A DNA stretch of 64,000 bases, taken from positions 355 to 64,354 of the forward strand of contig DAONEP010000008.1 of NCBI GenBank assembly GCA_035403165.1. The letters are read 5' to 3'. The translations under genes and the position numbers were made by a program. The notes beneath the pieces were generated by a model. It made no database searches and had not been told where the DNA came from. It saw only the letters and a list, made by a program, of their open reading frames with translations. This document shows positions 24,914 to 34,380 of the stretch, piece by piece. How positions within the stretch are numbered: the first letter of the stretch is position 1; the number at the start of each line of letters is the position of its first letter. Source of the stretch: Bacteroidales bacterium. GTDB taxonomy: Bacteria; Bacteroidota; Bacteroidia; Bacteroidales; UBA4417.

Positions 24914-27109
24914 TTATTCCACGACCAGCCATGTGAAACCTTCGGCAGGCAATTTTACGGAGATGTTGGCTTCGCACGCAGAATTCAGAAGGACAACCGT
25001 GCCGGGCCCTTCTTTTTCCCTGATGGAGGCTTTCCCGGTAAGTCCCGAATAATATAAGGGAATGGTAACGGTGCGTTCAACCGGTTGCTTTAGCGGATTG
25101 AAAAGAAGGATTATGGCTTTTTGTTTCAGCGCGGGGTTGACGTGCATAAAGCCATCCCAATCACGGCCATCGGCGCGGCGGAGGTGAATGATATCGGAGT
25201 TGAGGATCAGCCGGTATTTTTTGTACCAGTCAACCCATCCGGCTACCAGTTGACGTGTTTCTTCGGTATCAAAAAGCCTTGAACCGCGATAACATGCCTG
25301 TACTCCGGCCCCGAAATTCTGGAACAGATGGGCTTCGTATTCCTTCAGGTGTTGCGACAAAGGCTCAAGGGTGGCTGCTTCACCGCCTCCCTGGTATTCC
25401 TGAAGGGGAACAAAAGTCCATCCCATGGATGGCGTTTTGCCCCAGGTCCCGTCGTAAAGGTTTTGTCTTCCCAGTACGAGTTGCCTTTCCCGGGGAAGCG
25501 ACCAGTTGGTTTCGCGGTAACCTATGCCTGTTTTATTGGAACCGGCCAGGAAATACCAGTCGGGAACATTAAGATAAATATCCCGGCTTCTGCACCAGGC
25601 GTAAAATCCGGTGATTTTCTCCCATTGCCTCCATTGGGAATCTTCAAGCCCAGCGTGACCGGGATGTTTCGTTGAGGCACACACATCGCCGGGGTAAGAA
25701 CCGTCGTGTTCAAGAAGCGAAAAGCCTGTGTTCCCGATGAAATGCCGGATGTTTTCAAAATAACGGTTTCCCCAGTTGCTTCCCAGGCAGGGGGAGTTCC
25801 CGAAGACAGCCCCGCCGGTTTTTCCGGTAACGGGGTTAATAACGTCTTCCTCATCGTTGATCCTCCGGCTGGCAAGTAATGAATAACCTCCGAGTTCGAT
25901 TCCGCTGTTGCGGCAATAGGCGTTCAGATCCCTGAATTTCCTGATGTACGCGGTATCGGTACTTTCCATATTCAGCCCGCTGCCGAAACTGAGAATGATC
26001 ATTTCGAACCCCGTTTGCCTGCATTGGTCAACGGCTTGCTTTATCGCGTCCGGATCGGAGGATGTGAGGTGCATAAAGATCGGGTTCTCCAGCGCCCAGG
26101 GAGAAATGGTCCTGTACATTTTCCTTTCGGATAACCCTTTTCGCTCACGGTCGTAAGAGTCGTAACAAAGTTCCCAGATTCTCAGCGAAGTAAAATGTTG
26201 CTGGTAGGCGAGTTTGATGCCGGGGCCGAGAGGAGGGCGGCAGACAAGCAGGCAGGGCGTTTTGCGTTCGTAATTGACCTGCGTGGTATATGCGCTGTCG
26301 GCAAGCCAGGATGTGACCCGGTCGGCTGAAGGACCTGTCATTCCCATGAAGCTGTAATTGCTGGCGATGAAGATGTTCGGCGTTTTCCACTGGTTCATTT
26401 TGTCAACCGATACTTCTTCTTCCACAAAGGCAAGTACTTCGCTGGTTACTCTATCCACGCTGATAGCCTCAGGGCGGTTGTTTACAACTTCCAGCCATTT
26501 CGAAACCAAAGGGAGCCCGTCATAAATCTCGTAATGGATTGCGATCTCAATCCCTGTTGTGACAGGCGATGATCCCTCAAGATAAAAGGTGATTTCCTTT
26601 CCTTTGGGCGGCCAGGTATGATCCGGTATCCACCTGACAGGCTGCCATTCAAGGAAAGGCTTTATATCATTCACCGAAAAATCGGTCAGGGTAAATGACC
26701 CGGAAGCGGTGAAAGAATTTAGCCACTCGGTTTTGAGATATCCGTATTCGAACTGGCCGGACAGGCCGCCTGCTTCCACTATGTTACCTCCGATGGTCAG
26801 CATGGCTTCGGGTTTCACGGCCCTTATCATTTCCTGGCCTGTAATGAGATTCCGGAAACTGTAACATGCCAGTGACGGAGAAATGCGAAATGTCCTTTCG
26901 ACCAGGCCGTTGCTGATGACCAGGTCTTTTGGGCTTTGGCCCTGATAAACGCCGGCTTTGTATGCACTGCCGTCCAGCAGCCAGTCGGGGCCGGAAACAG
27001 ATGCTGGCTTTTGCGGCAACAGCATCATGTGTTGTTCAATATTCTGTTGGGCGAAACTGCATTCGGCAATACCACTGACCGTTAGCAACATTATCAAAAA
27101 CCTGAGCAT
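24914..27109 (-). CDS. secreted protein of unassigned family (731 aa); possible glycoside hydrolase by context only
   Basis: The preferred start at 27109 gives MLRFLIMLLTVSGIAECSFAQQ. The central region (GFEMIILSFGSGLN..., LLEHDGSYPGDVCASTKHPGH..., FVPLQEYQGGGEAATLEPL) looks TIM-barrel-like, but I cannot place it in a CAZy family. It is flanked by a GH97 gene and the fuc operon. Confidence 0.35.
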   Translation of the reverse strand: MLRFLIMLLTVSGIAECSFAQQNIEQHMMLLPQKPASVSGPDWLLDGSAYKAGVYQGQSPKDLVISNGLVERTFRISPSLACYSFRNLITGQEMIRAVKPEAMLTIGGNIVEAGGLSGQFEYGYLKTEWLNSFTASGSFTLTDFSVNDIKPFLEWQPVRWIPDHTWPPKGKEITFYLEGSSPVTTGIEIAIHYEIYDGLPLVSKWLEVVNNRPEAISVDRVTSEVLAFVEEEVSVDKMNQWKTPNIFIASNYSFMGMTGPSADRVTSWLADSAYTTQVNYERKTPCLLVCRPPLGPGIKLAYQQHFTSLRIWELCYDSYDRERKGLSERKMYRTISPWALENPIFMHLTSSDPDAIKQAVDQCRQTGFEMIILSFGSGLNMESTDTAYIRKFRDLNAYCRNSGIELGGYSLLASRRINDEEDVINPVTGKTGGAVFGNSPCLGSNWGNRYFENIRHFIGNTGFSLLEHDGSYPGDVCASTKHPGHAGLEDSQWRQWEKITGFYAWCRSRDIYLNVPDWYFLAGSNKTGIGYRETNWSLPRERQLVLGRQNLYDGTWGKTPSMGWTFVPLQEYQGGGEAATLEPLSQHLKEYEAHLFQNFGAGVQACYRGSRLFDTEETRQLVAGWVDWYKKYRLILNSDIIHLRRADGRDWDGFMHVNPALKQKAIILLFNPLKQPVERTVTIPLYYSGLTGKASIREKEGPGTVVLLNSACEANISVKLPAEGFTWLVVE

Positions 27110-27165
27110 GATTGCATGCCTGTATCGGTATCCGGTCTGTCTTTGCGTCATAGGGGACAAAAAAA

Positions 27166-29142
27166 TTACATTTTGGTAATCCGGGCTACATAACCTCCGC
27201 CGGGAGCCATTTCAACTTTCAGATTCGTAGTCTTGTCGACAATTTTATTACCGGTCAGAAAATCTTCACCTTTCCGGTCGGCGTTCGGGCCGTCATACCA
27301 GGTTTCGAGCTTAAAAGTTCCTTCGCCCAGAAATGAAAGGCCTATTTCGAGACTGCGGGCAGACCAGTCGGTCATAGCGCCGATATACCAGGTGTCGCCA
27401 TGGCGTCGGGCGGCAGCTACATATTGTCCGATCCTGGCACCCAGTCCTATGGTTTCATCCCATGTAGTCGGAACAGGGGACAGGAAATTCATGGCTTCCG
27501 TCTCGCCCATGTAATTTGTCGGCGCATCGCACAGCATCTGGAGCGGGCTTTCAAATATGACATACTTGGCCAGTTCGTGGCAACGCGTACCCTGGCTCAT
27601 GGGCTCGCTCCAGGAAATTGCAAAATTCTTCTTCGTTGCGTTGGTCATGGCTCCGGGCGTGTAATCCATGGGGCCGGCAAACATCCGGGTAAACGGAAGG
27701 GTACAGTCATGGGCCGGTGTAATTTCATTGCTCCACTTCGAGTTTTCGAGTCCGCGGACGCCTTCACGGGTAAGTTGGTTTGGGTAGGTGCGGCTTAGTC
27801 CGGTAGGTTTAAAGGAACCGTGGAAGTCGGCAAGCATATGCCTCCTGGCAGTTTCGGCGGCTACTTTTTCATAGAAATTCACCATCTGCTGGTCGTCGCG
27901 GATCATGAAATCCATCTTAATGCCTGCACAACCCCATTTTTCAAACTTATCGAGCGAGGAAGTGAACTTGTCCTGTAATGCACGTCCTGTGACCCAAAGG
28001 ATGATTTTAACATTCTTCTCTTTCGCGTAAGCAAAAAGGGCCTCCATATCCATGTCCGGATTTATCTTATCAAGGTCGTCATTGGCCGACCAGCCTTCGT
28101 CGAAAATCACATATTCCAGCTTGTTTTTCGAAGCAAAATCAATGTAATACTTATACGTTTCGGTATTGATGCCGGCTTTGAAAGGCACATCATAAATATT
28201 CCAGTCGTTCCACCAGTCCCAGGCCACTTTTCCCGGTTTTATCCAGTCGGTTTCGGTGAGTTTACAGGGGCTTCCGAGGCGGTAAACGATATCGTTTCCG
28301 AGCAGTTGAGCGTCGTTTGTGGCAATCCCGAAAACCCTCCAGGGGTATTCGCGCGAACCGGCAGTACGGGCAATATAATCATGCCTTGTATCCACAACAT
28401 AACTCCGCTTGTCCTTACTAACCGACTCCGTAACAACCGCCTGCGGCTGGATTCCTTTGAATACGGCAGAACCTTCGGAAGTGCCTGTAAGGTAGAGGCC
28501 GGGGTAATCGAGCAGGTCGGCTTCGGTGAATGCTGCAATGATCCCTGTACTTTTACGGAAAACGGCAGGGATCACGCACATTTGTTTGCCCTTGATTTCT
28601 GAGGCTGATTTTAAAGGGTAGAGACGTTCGCTATGCGACAGGAAACTATCCTCCTCACCGAAGTAAACCGAATCGGATGCGGCCATTCTCAAGGTGACAT
28701 GTTCCTGGTTAACCGTAACACTGTCGCTGAACCGCGTGATGAACCGCCAGGCGGCGCCATCGTTGTATGCGCGGAGCTTAATGCCGCAATTGCTTCTGAA
28801 CCATATTTCGGTTTCATTATAAATATCAGGAATCTGTTGGCGCTTTTCTGCAACAGCAGGTACAATTACTTCATCAACAGCCCGGTATTTCACTTTTTTT
28901 ACAATCGGGTTAAGGTAGGCTTCCGGATGCTCACGAATCGCCAGGCCCTGTTTTGAAGGCGACATGATTTCCTGGCCGTTACAGGTAACCGTAATAACCG
29001 GCATATCGGCTATTGTCAGGCTTATAACGATATGTCCGTCGGGCGATGTAGTCTTTATGGTCCTTTCTTTTCTTCCGGCATAAGTTTGCGATAGCAGTAT
29101 TGCAAATACTGCAGTAAGGGTGATTTTCAGGAGATTGTGCAT
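27166..29142 (-). CDS. glycoside hydrolase family 97 (alpha-glucosidase/alpha-galactosidase type)
   Basis: 658 aa. Signal peptide plus KLEYVIFDEGWS and GIKMDFMIRDDQQMVNFY, which are characteristic of GH97 (SusB-like). Confidence 0.8.
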   Translation of the reverse strand: MHNLLKITLTAVFAILLSQTYAGRKERTIKTTSPDGHIVISLTIADMPVITVTCNGQEIMSPSKQGLAIREHPEAYLNPIVKKVKYRAVDEVIVPAVAEKRQQIPDIYNETEIWFRSNCGIKLRAYNDGAAWRFITRFSDSVTVNQEHVTLRMAASDSVYFGEEDSFLSHSERLYPLKSASEIKGKQMCVIPAVFRKSTGIIAAFTEADLLDYPGLYLTGTSEGSAVFKGIQPQAVVTESVSKDKRSYVVDTRHDYIARTAGSREYPWRVFGIATNDAQLLGNDIVYRLGSPCKLTETDWIKPGKVAWDWWNDWNIYDVPFKAGINTETYKYYIDFASKNKLEYVIFDEGWSANDDLDKINPDMDMEALFAYAKEKNVKIILWVTGRALQDKFTSSLDKFEKWGCAGIKMDFMIRDDQQMVNFYEKVAAETARRHMLADFHGSFKPTGLSRTYPNQLTREGVRGLENSKWSNEITPAHDCTLPFTRMFAGPMDYTPGAMTNATKKNFAISWSEPMSQGTRCHELAKYVIFESPLQMLCDAPTNYMGETEAMNFLSPVPTTWDETIGLGARIGQYVAAARRHGDTWYIGAMTDWSARSLEIGLSFLGEGTFKLETWYDGPNADRKGEDFLTGNKIVDKTTNLKVEMAPGGGYVARITKM

Positions 29143-29313
29143 GGTAATTGAAGATTATTCGGAGAAATTTGATGCCATAAAATTAGCGAATCCTTTTTTT
29201 GGGACTACCGGAAAGGATGAGTAATTCATATTAAATCTGATGACGGAGGATTTTTCAGACGAGCATCTCTCACAAACCAGGACCTTGTCTGGCCGCGCTA
29301 CCGGGCTGATAAT

Positions 29314-30390
29314 TTACTGATTATCAACAGAAGTCAGATATTCATCTAACGGTACAGGACTGTGAGATTCTGCCCATTTTGCGGTTATGTCGTATTGCTC
29401 CTCCATTCGTCCGAAATCCATCATCCGGAAGTTTTGCTGAAAATCGGGTATATATACATAAGTATGAGCGGCCAGATCTGGGTAAAATTTTTTCAATTCT
29501 TTCATCTGTTTGATAAAACCATCTTTAGCCAGGTTCTCCAGGCGAATACCGGCTTTTTCCAGAAGTATCCGGTCTTTCTCTTTTACTCCCAATTGCCTCA
29601 TTTCAGTATCTATCTGGAGTTTTGTATCACATTTCCGGCTTACGATAATGAGTGTGTCAACATTCATCTTCCTGTATTTTTCGAATTGCAGGACAGCCCT
29701 GTACGGAATATGGTCTTCGGATACGCCGCCATCGATAAAATTGGCTGAGGGGATAGTGGGTGAAGGGCGGAGCCTGACAGAAGGAAAAAGGACAGGAATT
29801 GCCGTCGAAGCCATCAGGACATCCACCAGGTTCAAACCAGGCTTGCTTTCCTGGTTGATTTTCCGGTTGCTAAGCCTGGATGTTTTGAGCGAAAGAGGTA
29901 TGAATTCCAGATCAGTAACGGAGATGGAACTGGCCAACGGGAGGTTCCCGATGCTGTCGTAACCCAGGCTGTCGCAGATTACACTCGTTAACAGGTTTTT
30001 TAATGGATTCGTATCAAACGGGAGGGAGTTGCCTTCCCTTGAAAATACATCATCGCTTTTAAGGCCAAATAATAGTTGGCGGTATCGCTGCCAGGAGAAT
30101 TTATGTGTCAGGATTGCATTGAGCATCACCGTATTGAGCGCCCCGGAACTTGCCCCTGAAATAAAACAGACATTCTTCAGCCATCCGGCTTGTTGCAATT
30201 GTTCGAGCAAAGCAACTTCCTGAACAATGCGGGCGGCAGCGCCCGTGATAACAACGGCAGTGCCGTCGTGAGTTTCGTAAAGGTTGCTGTTTTGCGAAGG
30301 TTCCGCTAACAGGGAAATGATTGAAATGCCAACATAGACCAACAGCAGGCCGGCAATTGTGATAAGAGAAATTTTCAACAAGTTGGGCAT
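29314..30390 (-). CDS. patatin-like phospholipase family protein (membrane-anchored)
   Basis: Start at 30390 (MPNLLKISLITIAGLLLVYVGI) or further upstream at 30450. It has a GxSxG nucleophile elbow (ISGASSGALN) and a DGG catalytic Asp motif (FIDGGVSED). Confidence 0.75.
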   Translation of the reverse strand: MPNLLKISLITIAGLLLVYVGISIISLLAEPSQNSNLYETHDGTAVVITGAAARIVQEVALLEQLQQAGWLKNVCFISGASSGALNTVMLNAILTHKFSWQRYRQLLFGLKSDDVFSREGNSLPFDTNPLKNLLTSVICDSLGYDSIGNLPLASSISVTDLEFIPLSLKTSRLSNRKINQESKPGLNLVDVLMASTAIPVLFPSVRLRPSPTIPSANFIDGGVSEDHIPYRAVLQFEKYRKMNVDTLIIVSRKCDTKLQIDTEMRQLGVKEKDRILLEKAGIRLENLAKDGFIKQMKELKKFYPDLAAHTYVYIPDFQQNFRMMDFGRMEEQYDITAKWAESHSPVPLDEYLTSVDNQ

Positions 30391-30652
30391 CGGATAGGTT
30401 GGCTTAAGTTGTGAAAAGGAATTGAACCGGAGAATCACGAAGTTAAACATTTTTTATTCAATAGTGGAGGCTCTTGAATCAATATTACTGATCAAAAGCT
30501 TTACCGGGAGGAAAGTGGCAGAGGCTGTGGCCGTACTTCACTGAATTTATTTGTTCTGCCGGCTGGCAATGCTTTTATTTTCTGAAATACCGACGTTATC
30601 GATCCTGAATACAAACATTTTCTATTCTCCCGTTTACCTCCGACTTAATTGC

Positions 30653-30660
30653 TAACTTTG
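30653..30660 (+). promoter_or_regulatory. Bacteroidota-type -7 promoter box upstream of ftcD
   Basis: TAACTTTG lies about 48 nt upstream of the ATG at 30708. Confidence 0.45.
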
Positions 30661-30707
30661 CGCATCGGAAACTCAATTACTTGTATTAAATTGAATATCA
30701 GGAATCT

Positions 30708-32399
30708 ATGAAACAACTCATTGAATGTGTCCCGAATTTCAGTGAAGGGCGCAACATGGCAGTTATAAAACAAATCACTGACCAGATTGAAACCGTTGAA
30801 GGCGTCCGGCTCCTGGACGTAGATCCCGGCGCTGCCACCAACCGTACCGTAGTAACCTTTGTTGGTGAACCGGAGGCCGTAATCGAAGCTGCTTTCCAGG
30901 CCGTTAAAAAAGCGTCAGAAGTAATTGATATGCGTTTTCACAAGGGTGAACACCCGCGTTTTGGCGCTACCGACGTTTGTCCGCTGGTACCGGTGGCTGG
31001 AATTTCGATGGAAGAAACGGTTGTTTATGCCCATAAACTGGCCGAACGCATTGGAAATGAATTAGGGATTCCGGTTTATTGTTACGAAAGCGCTGCCTTT
31101 ACTCCGGAGCGGCGTAACCTGGCCAATAACCGTTCCGGTGAATATGAAGGTTTACCGAAGAAGTTGAGTGATCCTCACTGGAAACCGGATTTCGGTCCTG
31201 CCGGGTTCAACGAAAGGGTGGCGACGACGGGAGCAACTGCCGTTGGCGCCCGCGATTTCCTGGTTGCCTATAATATCAACCTGAATACGACTTCAACACG
31301 CCGCGCCAATGCCGTAGCGTTTGATATCCGTGAAAAAGGTCGTCCGGTGCGTGAAGGTAACGCCGTTACAGGCAAGAAAAAGAAAGATGGAAACGGAAAG
31401 GAAGTCTGGATTCCGGGCTCACTAAAAGCCTGCAAAGCCATTGGTTGGTACATCGAAGAATACGGTATTGCCCAGGTCTCCATCAACCTGACCAACATCA
31501 GCATTACTCCCGTTCATGTTGCTTTTGAGGAAGCCTGTAAAAAGGCGCAGGAACGCGGTCTCCGGGTGACCGGTTCGGAACTGGTCGGATTAATACCGCT
31601 CAAAGCCATCCTGGATGCAGGAAAGTATTTCCTTCGCAAACAGCAGCGTTCGGTTGGGGTTTCGGAGTCTGAACTTGTGAAAATAGCCGTGAAATCGTTG
31701 GGGCTTGATGACCTGAAGCCTTTCAATCCCCATGAAAAGATCATCGAATACCTGCTGATTGATAAATCGCAGAAAAAACTGGTTGATTTGTCCGTTGCCG
31801 GTTTTGCTGATGAAACGGCATCCGAATCTCCGGCTCCCGGCGGCGGATCGGTGTCTGCAACGATGGGCGCCCTGGGAATTTCGCTGGCCACTATGGTAGC
31901 CAATCTTTCAAGCCATAAGCCGGGTTGGGATGAACGCTGGGAAGAATTCAGCAACTGGGCTGAAAAAGGGCAGAAGATAAAAGACGAGCTGCTTTTCCTT
32001 GTTGACGAAGATACCCGGGCCTTTAACAGGATCATGGATGCTCTTGGCTTGCCCAAAGGAAGCGATACCGAAAAGGCAGCGCGTGAGAATGCAATGCAGG
32101 CTGCCACGCGTTATGCCATCGAAATCCCCTTCAGGGTCATGAAAACCTCATTCGAAAGCATGGAAGTGATAAAAGCCATGGCCGAGACAGGAAATCCCAA
32201 CTCGGTTTCAGATGCCGGTGTTGGCGCGCTGGCCGCCCGTTCGGCTGTTATGGGCGCTTTCCTGAATGTAAAGATCAATGCATCAGGATTAAAAGATAAA
32301 GATTTTGTGCAAAAGATCCTGACCGAAGGCGCTGAGATTCAGGCGAAGGCCATTGAAGCCGAGAATGAAATCCTGAAGATCGTTGAGTCTAAAATCTGA
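30708..32399 (+). CDS. ftcD: bifunctional glutamate formimidoyltransferase / formimidoyltetrahydrofolate cyclodeaminase
   Basis: 563 aa. The N-terminus MKQLIECVPNFSEGRN is the hallmark of the formiminotransferase domain, and a helical cyclodeaminase domain follows at the C-terminus. Confidence 0.85.
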   Translation: MKQLIECVPNFSEGRNMAVIKQITDQIETVEGVRLLDVDPGAATNRTVVTFVGEPEAVIEAAFQAVKKASEVIDMRFHKGEHPRFGATDVCPLVPVAGISMEETVVYAHKLAERIGNELGIPVYCYESAAFTPERRNLANNRSGEYEGLPKKLSDPHWKPDFGPAGFNERVATTGATAVGARDFLVAYNINLNTTSTRRANAVAFDIREKGRPVREGNAVTGKKKKDGNGKEVWIPGSLKACKAIGWYIEEYGIAQVSINLTNISITPVHVAFEEACKKAQERGLRVTGSELVGLIPLKAILDAGKYFLRKQQRSVGVSESELVKIAVKSLGLDDLKPFNPHEKIIEYLLIDKSQKKLVDLSVAGFADETASESPAPGGGSVSATMGALGISLATMVANLSSHKPGWDERWEEFSNWAEKGQKIKDELLFLVDEDTRAFNRIMDALGLPKGSDTEKAARENAMQAATRYAIEIPFRVMKTSFESMEVIKAMAETGNPNSVSDAGVGALAARSAVMGAFLNVKINASGLKDKDFVQKILTEGAEIQAKAIEAENEILKIVESKI

Positions 32400-32411
32400 C
32401 GGCGGCAGGTT

Positions 32412-33425
32412 TTATCTCTTGTCGGAATAATTCTGGTGCCAGATGGGGTAGGGGATTACCGGCTTGCTGATTTCATCCAGCGCCGTTATGTCCTCTTCCG
32501 GGAGTTTCCATCCGGATGAAGCTATGTTTTCGAGCAGTTGGGCCTTGTTCCGGGCTCCGATGATTACCGAGGCAACGGCAGGCTTTTGCAGCAGCCAGTT
32601 TATGGCTGACTGGGCAGTTGTTTTGCCGTTCTTCAGGGCGCTTTTATCAAGCACGCCCAAAATTTCATAACCCCTGGCCTCATCAACCGGCCAGTACTTC
32701 ATACCGGACGCTTTACGGTTGCTCCTCCGGGTTCCTTCGGGCAAAGGCATGCCCTGCCGGTATTTGCCGGTGAAAAACCCTCCTGACAGAGGGCTCCAGC
32801 ATAAAATTCCCAATTTTTGATCGAGGCACAACGGAACCAGTTCCTGTTCGACATCCCGCGCCCCGATGGAATAATAAAGCTGGGTGGTGATGAATTTCTC
32901 AAGGTTCAGCTTTTCGGAAACAGCCTGCGCTTTCATGGTTTGCCAGGCAGTAAGGTTTGAGCAACCAATATACCGAACTTTTCCTGCCCTGACCAGGTCG
33001 TCAAGCGCCCTGATCGTTTCTTCGAGCGGCGTTCCGGGATCATAGCTGTGTATCTGGTATAGATCGATATAATCGGTGCCGAGGCGGCGCAGGCTGGCAT
33101 GGCAGCTTTCGAGAATGTGATGACGCGAGAGTCCGGTATCGTTGGGCTTGTCGCTCATGGCGAAACGTACCTTGGTTGCAACTACGGCATCTTTACGCCT
33201 GACGCCCAAGGCCTTGCCCAGTATTGTTTCGGAAATGCCGTTGGCATAAACATCGGCGGTATCGAAAAAATTTATACCGTGATCCAACGCAAGGCCGGTC
33301 AGTTCATCTGCTTCTTTCTGATTCGTTGATCCGGTTTCGGTCGGTTTTTCCCCCGTGAATGTCATAACCCCAAAACATATTTCCGAAACCTTTATTCCTG
33401 AATTACCAAGATATCTGTAGTTCAT
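32412..33425 (-). CDS. aldo/keto reductase
   Basis: 337 aa. MNYRYLGNSGIKVSEICFGVMTFTG...FFDTADVYANG is typical of the AKR family. Confidence 0.85.
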   Translation of the reverse strand: MNYRYLGNSGIKVSEICFGVMTFTGEKPTETGSTNQKEADELTGLALDHGINFFDTADVYANGISETILGKALGVRRKDAVVATKVRFAMSDKPNDTGLSRHHILESCHASLRRLGTDYIDLYQIHSYDPGTPLEETIRALDDLVRAGKVRYIGCSNLTAWQTMKAQAVSEKLNLEKFITTQLYYSIGARDVEQELVPLCLDQKLGILCWSPLSGGFFTGKYRQGMPLPEGTRRSNRKASGMKYWPVDEARGYEILGVLDKSALKNGKTTAQSAINWLLQKPAVASVIIGARNKAQLLENIASSGWKLPEEDITALDEISKPVIPYPIWHQNYSDKR

Positions 33426-33647
33426 ACCATCACTTTTTATTTGCTTGCTAAATTAATTCAAATGCGCTTAGTATAAAGTGTAGCTCACATAACGTGTTGA
33501 TATTTAATTTTATGGAAATAAATGTTGTCATTGAAATCCTGCTCGAAATATTTTTTGTGAGTAGAATAATATTTTCGTATTATTGAGGCCGGAGAATCGT
33601 GGGCTTTTTCGTGTAACTTCTCTTCCGGATTTTTGATTTTTCTCATC

Positions 33648-34364
33648 ATGCTTCATGCACGCCTTTTTCGGGTGTTTTGTATTCTGGCAGCCTTTGTAGT
33701 GCTGCTGGGGGCATGCGACCCTGCAAGGCAGAAACGGCTGGAGGCAGCTAAAAATGATTCGCTGGTTGCTGCGCTTGACTCTGTTGAATCAGGATTACTG
33801 ACTTTGGAAAAGAAATACCATTCCGGAAAGTTAACCTATCAGGGTTACATCAGGCAAAAAATCGTCTATGATAAAGCCTATGAGAATATTTCAGCTCAAC
33901 TCGGAGGGCTCCATAAAGCTTATGAATTGCCCCGGTGGGCTTTACAACTCGGGCTGATTGACCCCCGGGGTATGATGCTGGATTCCGTTCTTTCGCAACA
34001 AACATCGGTCGACAGGCCGGATGAAGGATTTAATTCCGTGACGCTGGTTTATATCAGTTCCTATGATACAGCAAAAATGTGGGCAGATTCAATCGCTTCA
34101 GTGGCTCACCTTTCGGAAGTTAATGATTATCTCGTCAAAGCTAAAAAGGTTCCCGCTATCAAAGCCGGCAGTAATCGCGGGATTACTTACCTTAATTACA
34201 ACCTGCGCGACAATAACAAAGAATACCTGATTTCGGTACAGGCTGGCCCGGAAGGGATACTTACCATTACGGCTACCAATATGAAGCAATTGAATGAGAA
34301 GTTATCCGGTTATAAAGCGCTGAAAGAAAGAACCAGCCTGAAGAAACAGAACAAAAAGCAGTAA
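33648..34364 (+). CDS. hypothetical lipoprotein
   Basis: The ATG at 33648 gives MLHARLFRVFCILAAFVVLLGAC (lipobox). No other motif recognised. Confidence 0.55.
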   Translation: MLHARLFRVFCILAAFVVLLGACDPARQKRLEAAKNDSLVAALDSVESGLLTLEKKYHSGKLTYQGYIRQKIVYDKAYENISAQLGGLHKAYELPRWALQLGLIDPRGMMLDSVLSQQTSVDRPDEGFNSVTLVYISSYDTAKMWADSIASVAHLSEVNDYLVKAKKVPAIKAGSNRGITYLNYNLRDNNKEYLISVQAGPEGILTITATNMKQLNEKLSGYKALKERTSLKKQNKKQ

Positions 34365-34380
34365 ATTTGGAACAGGAGGA

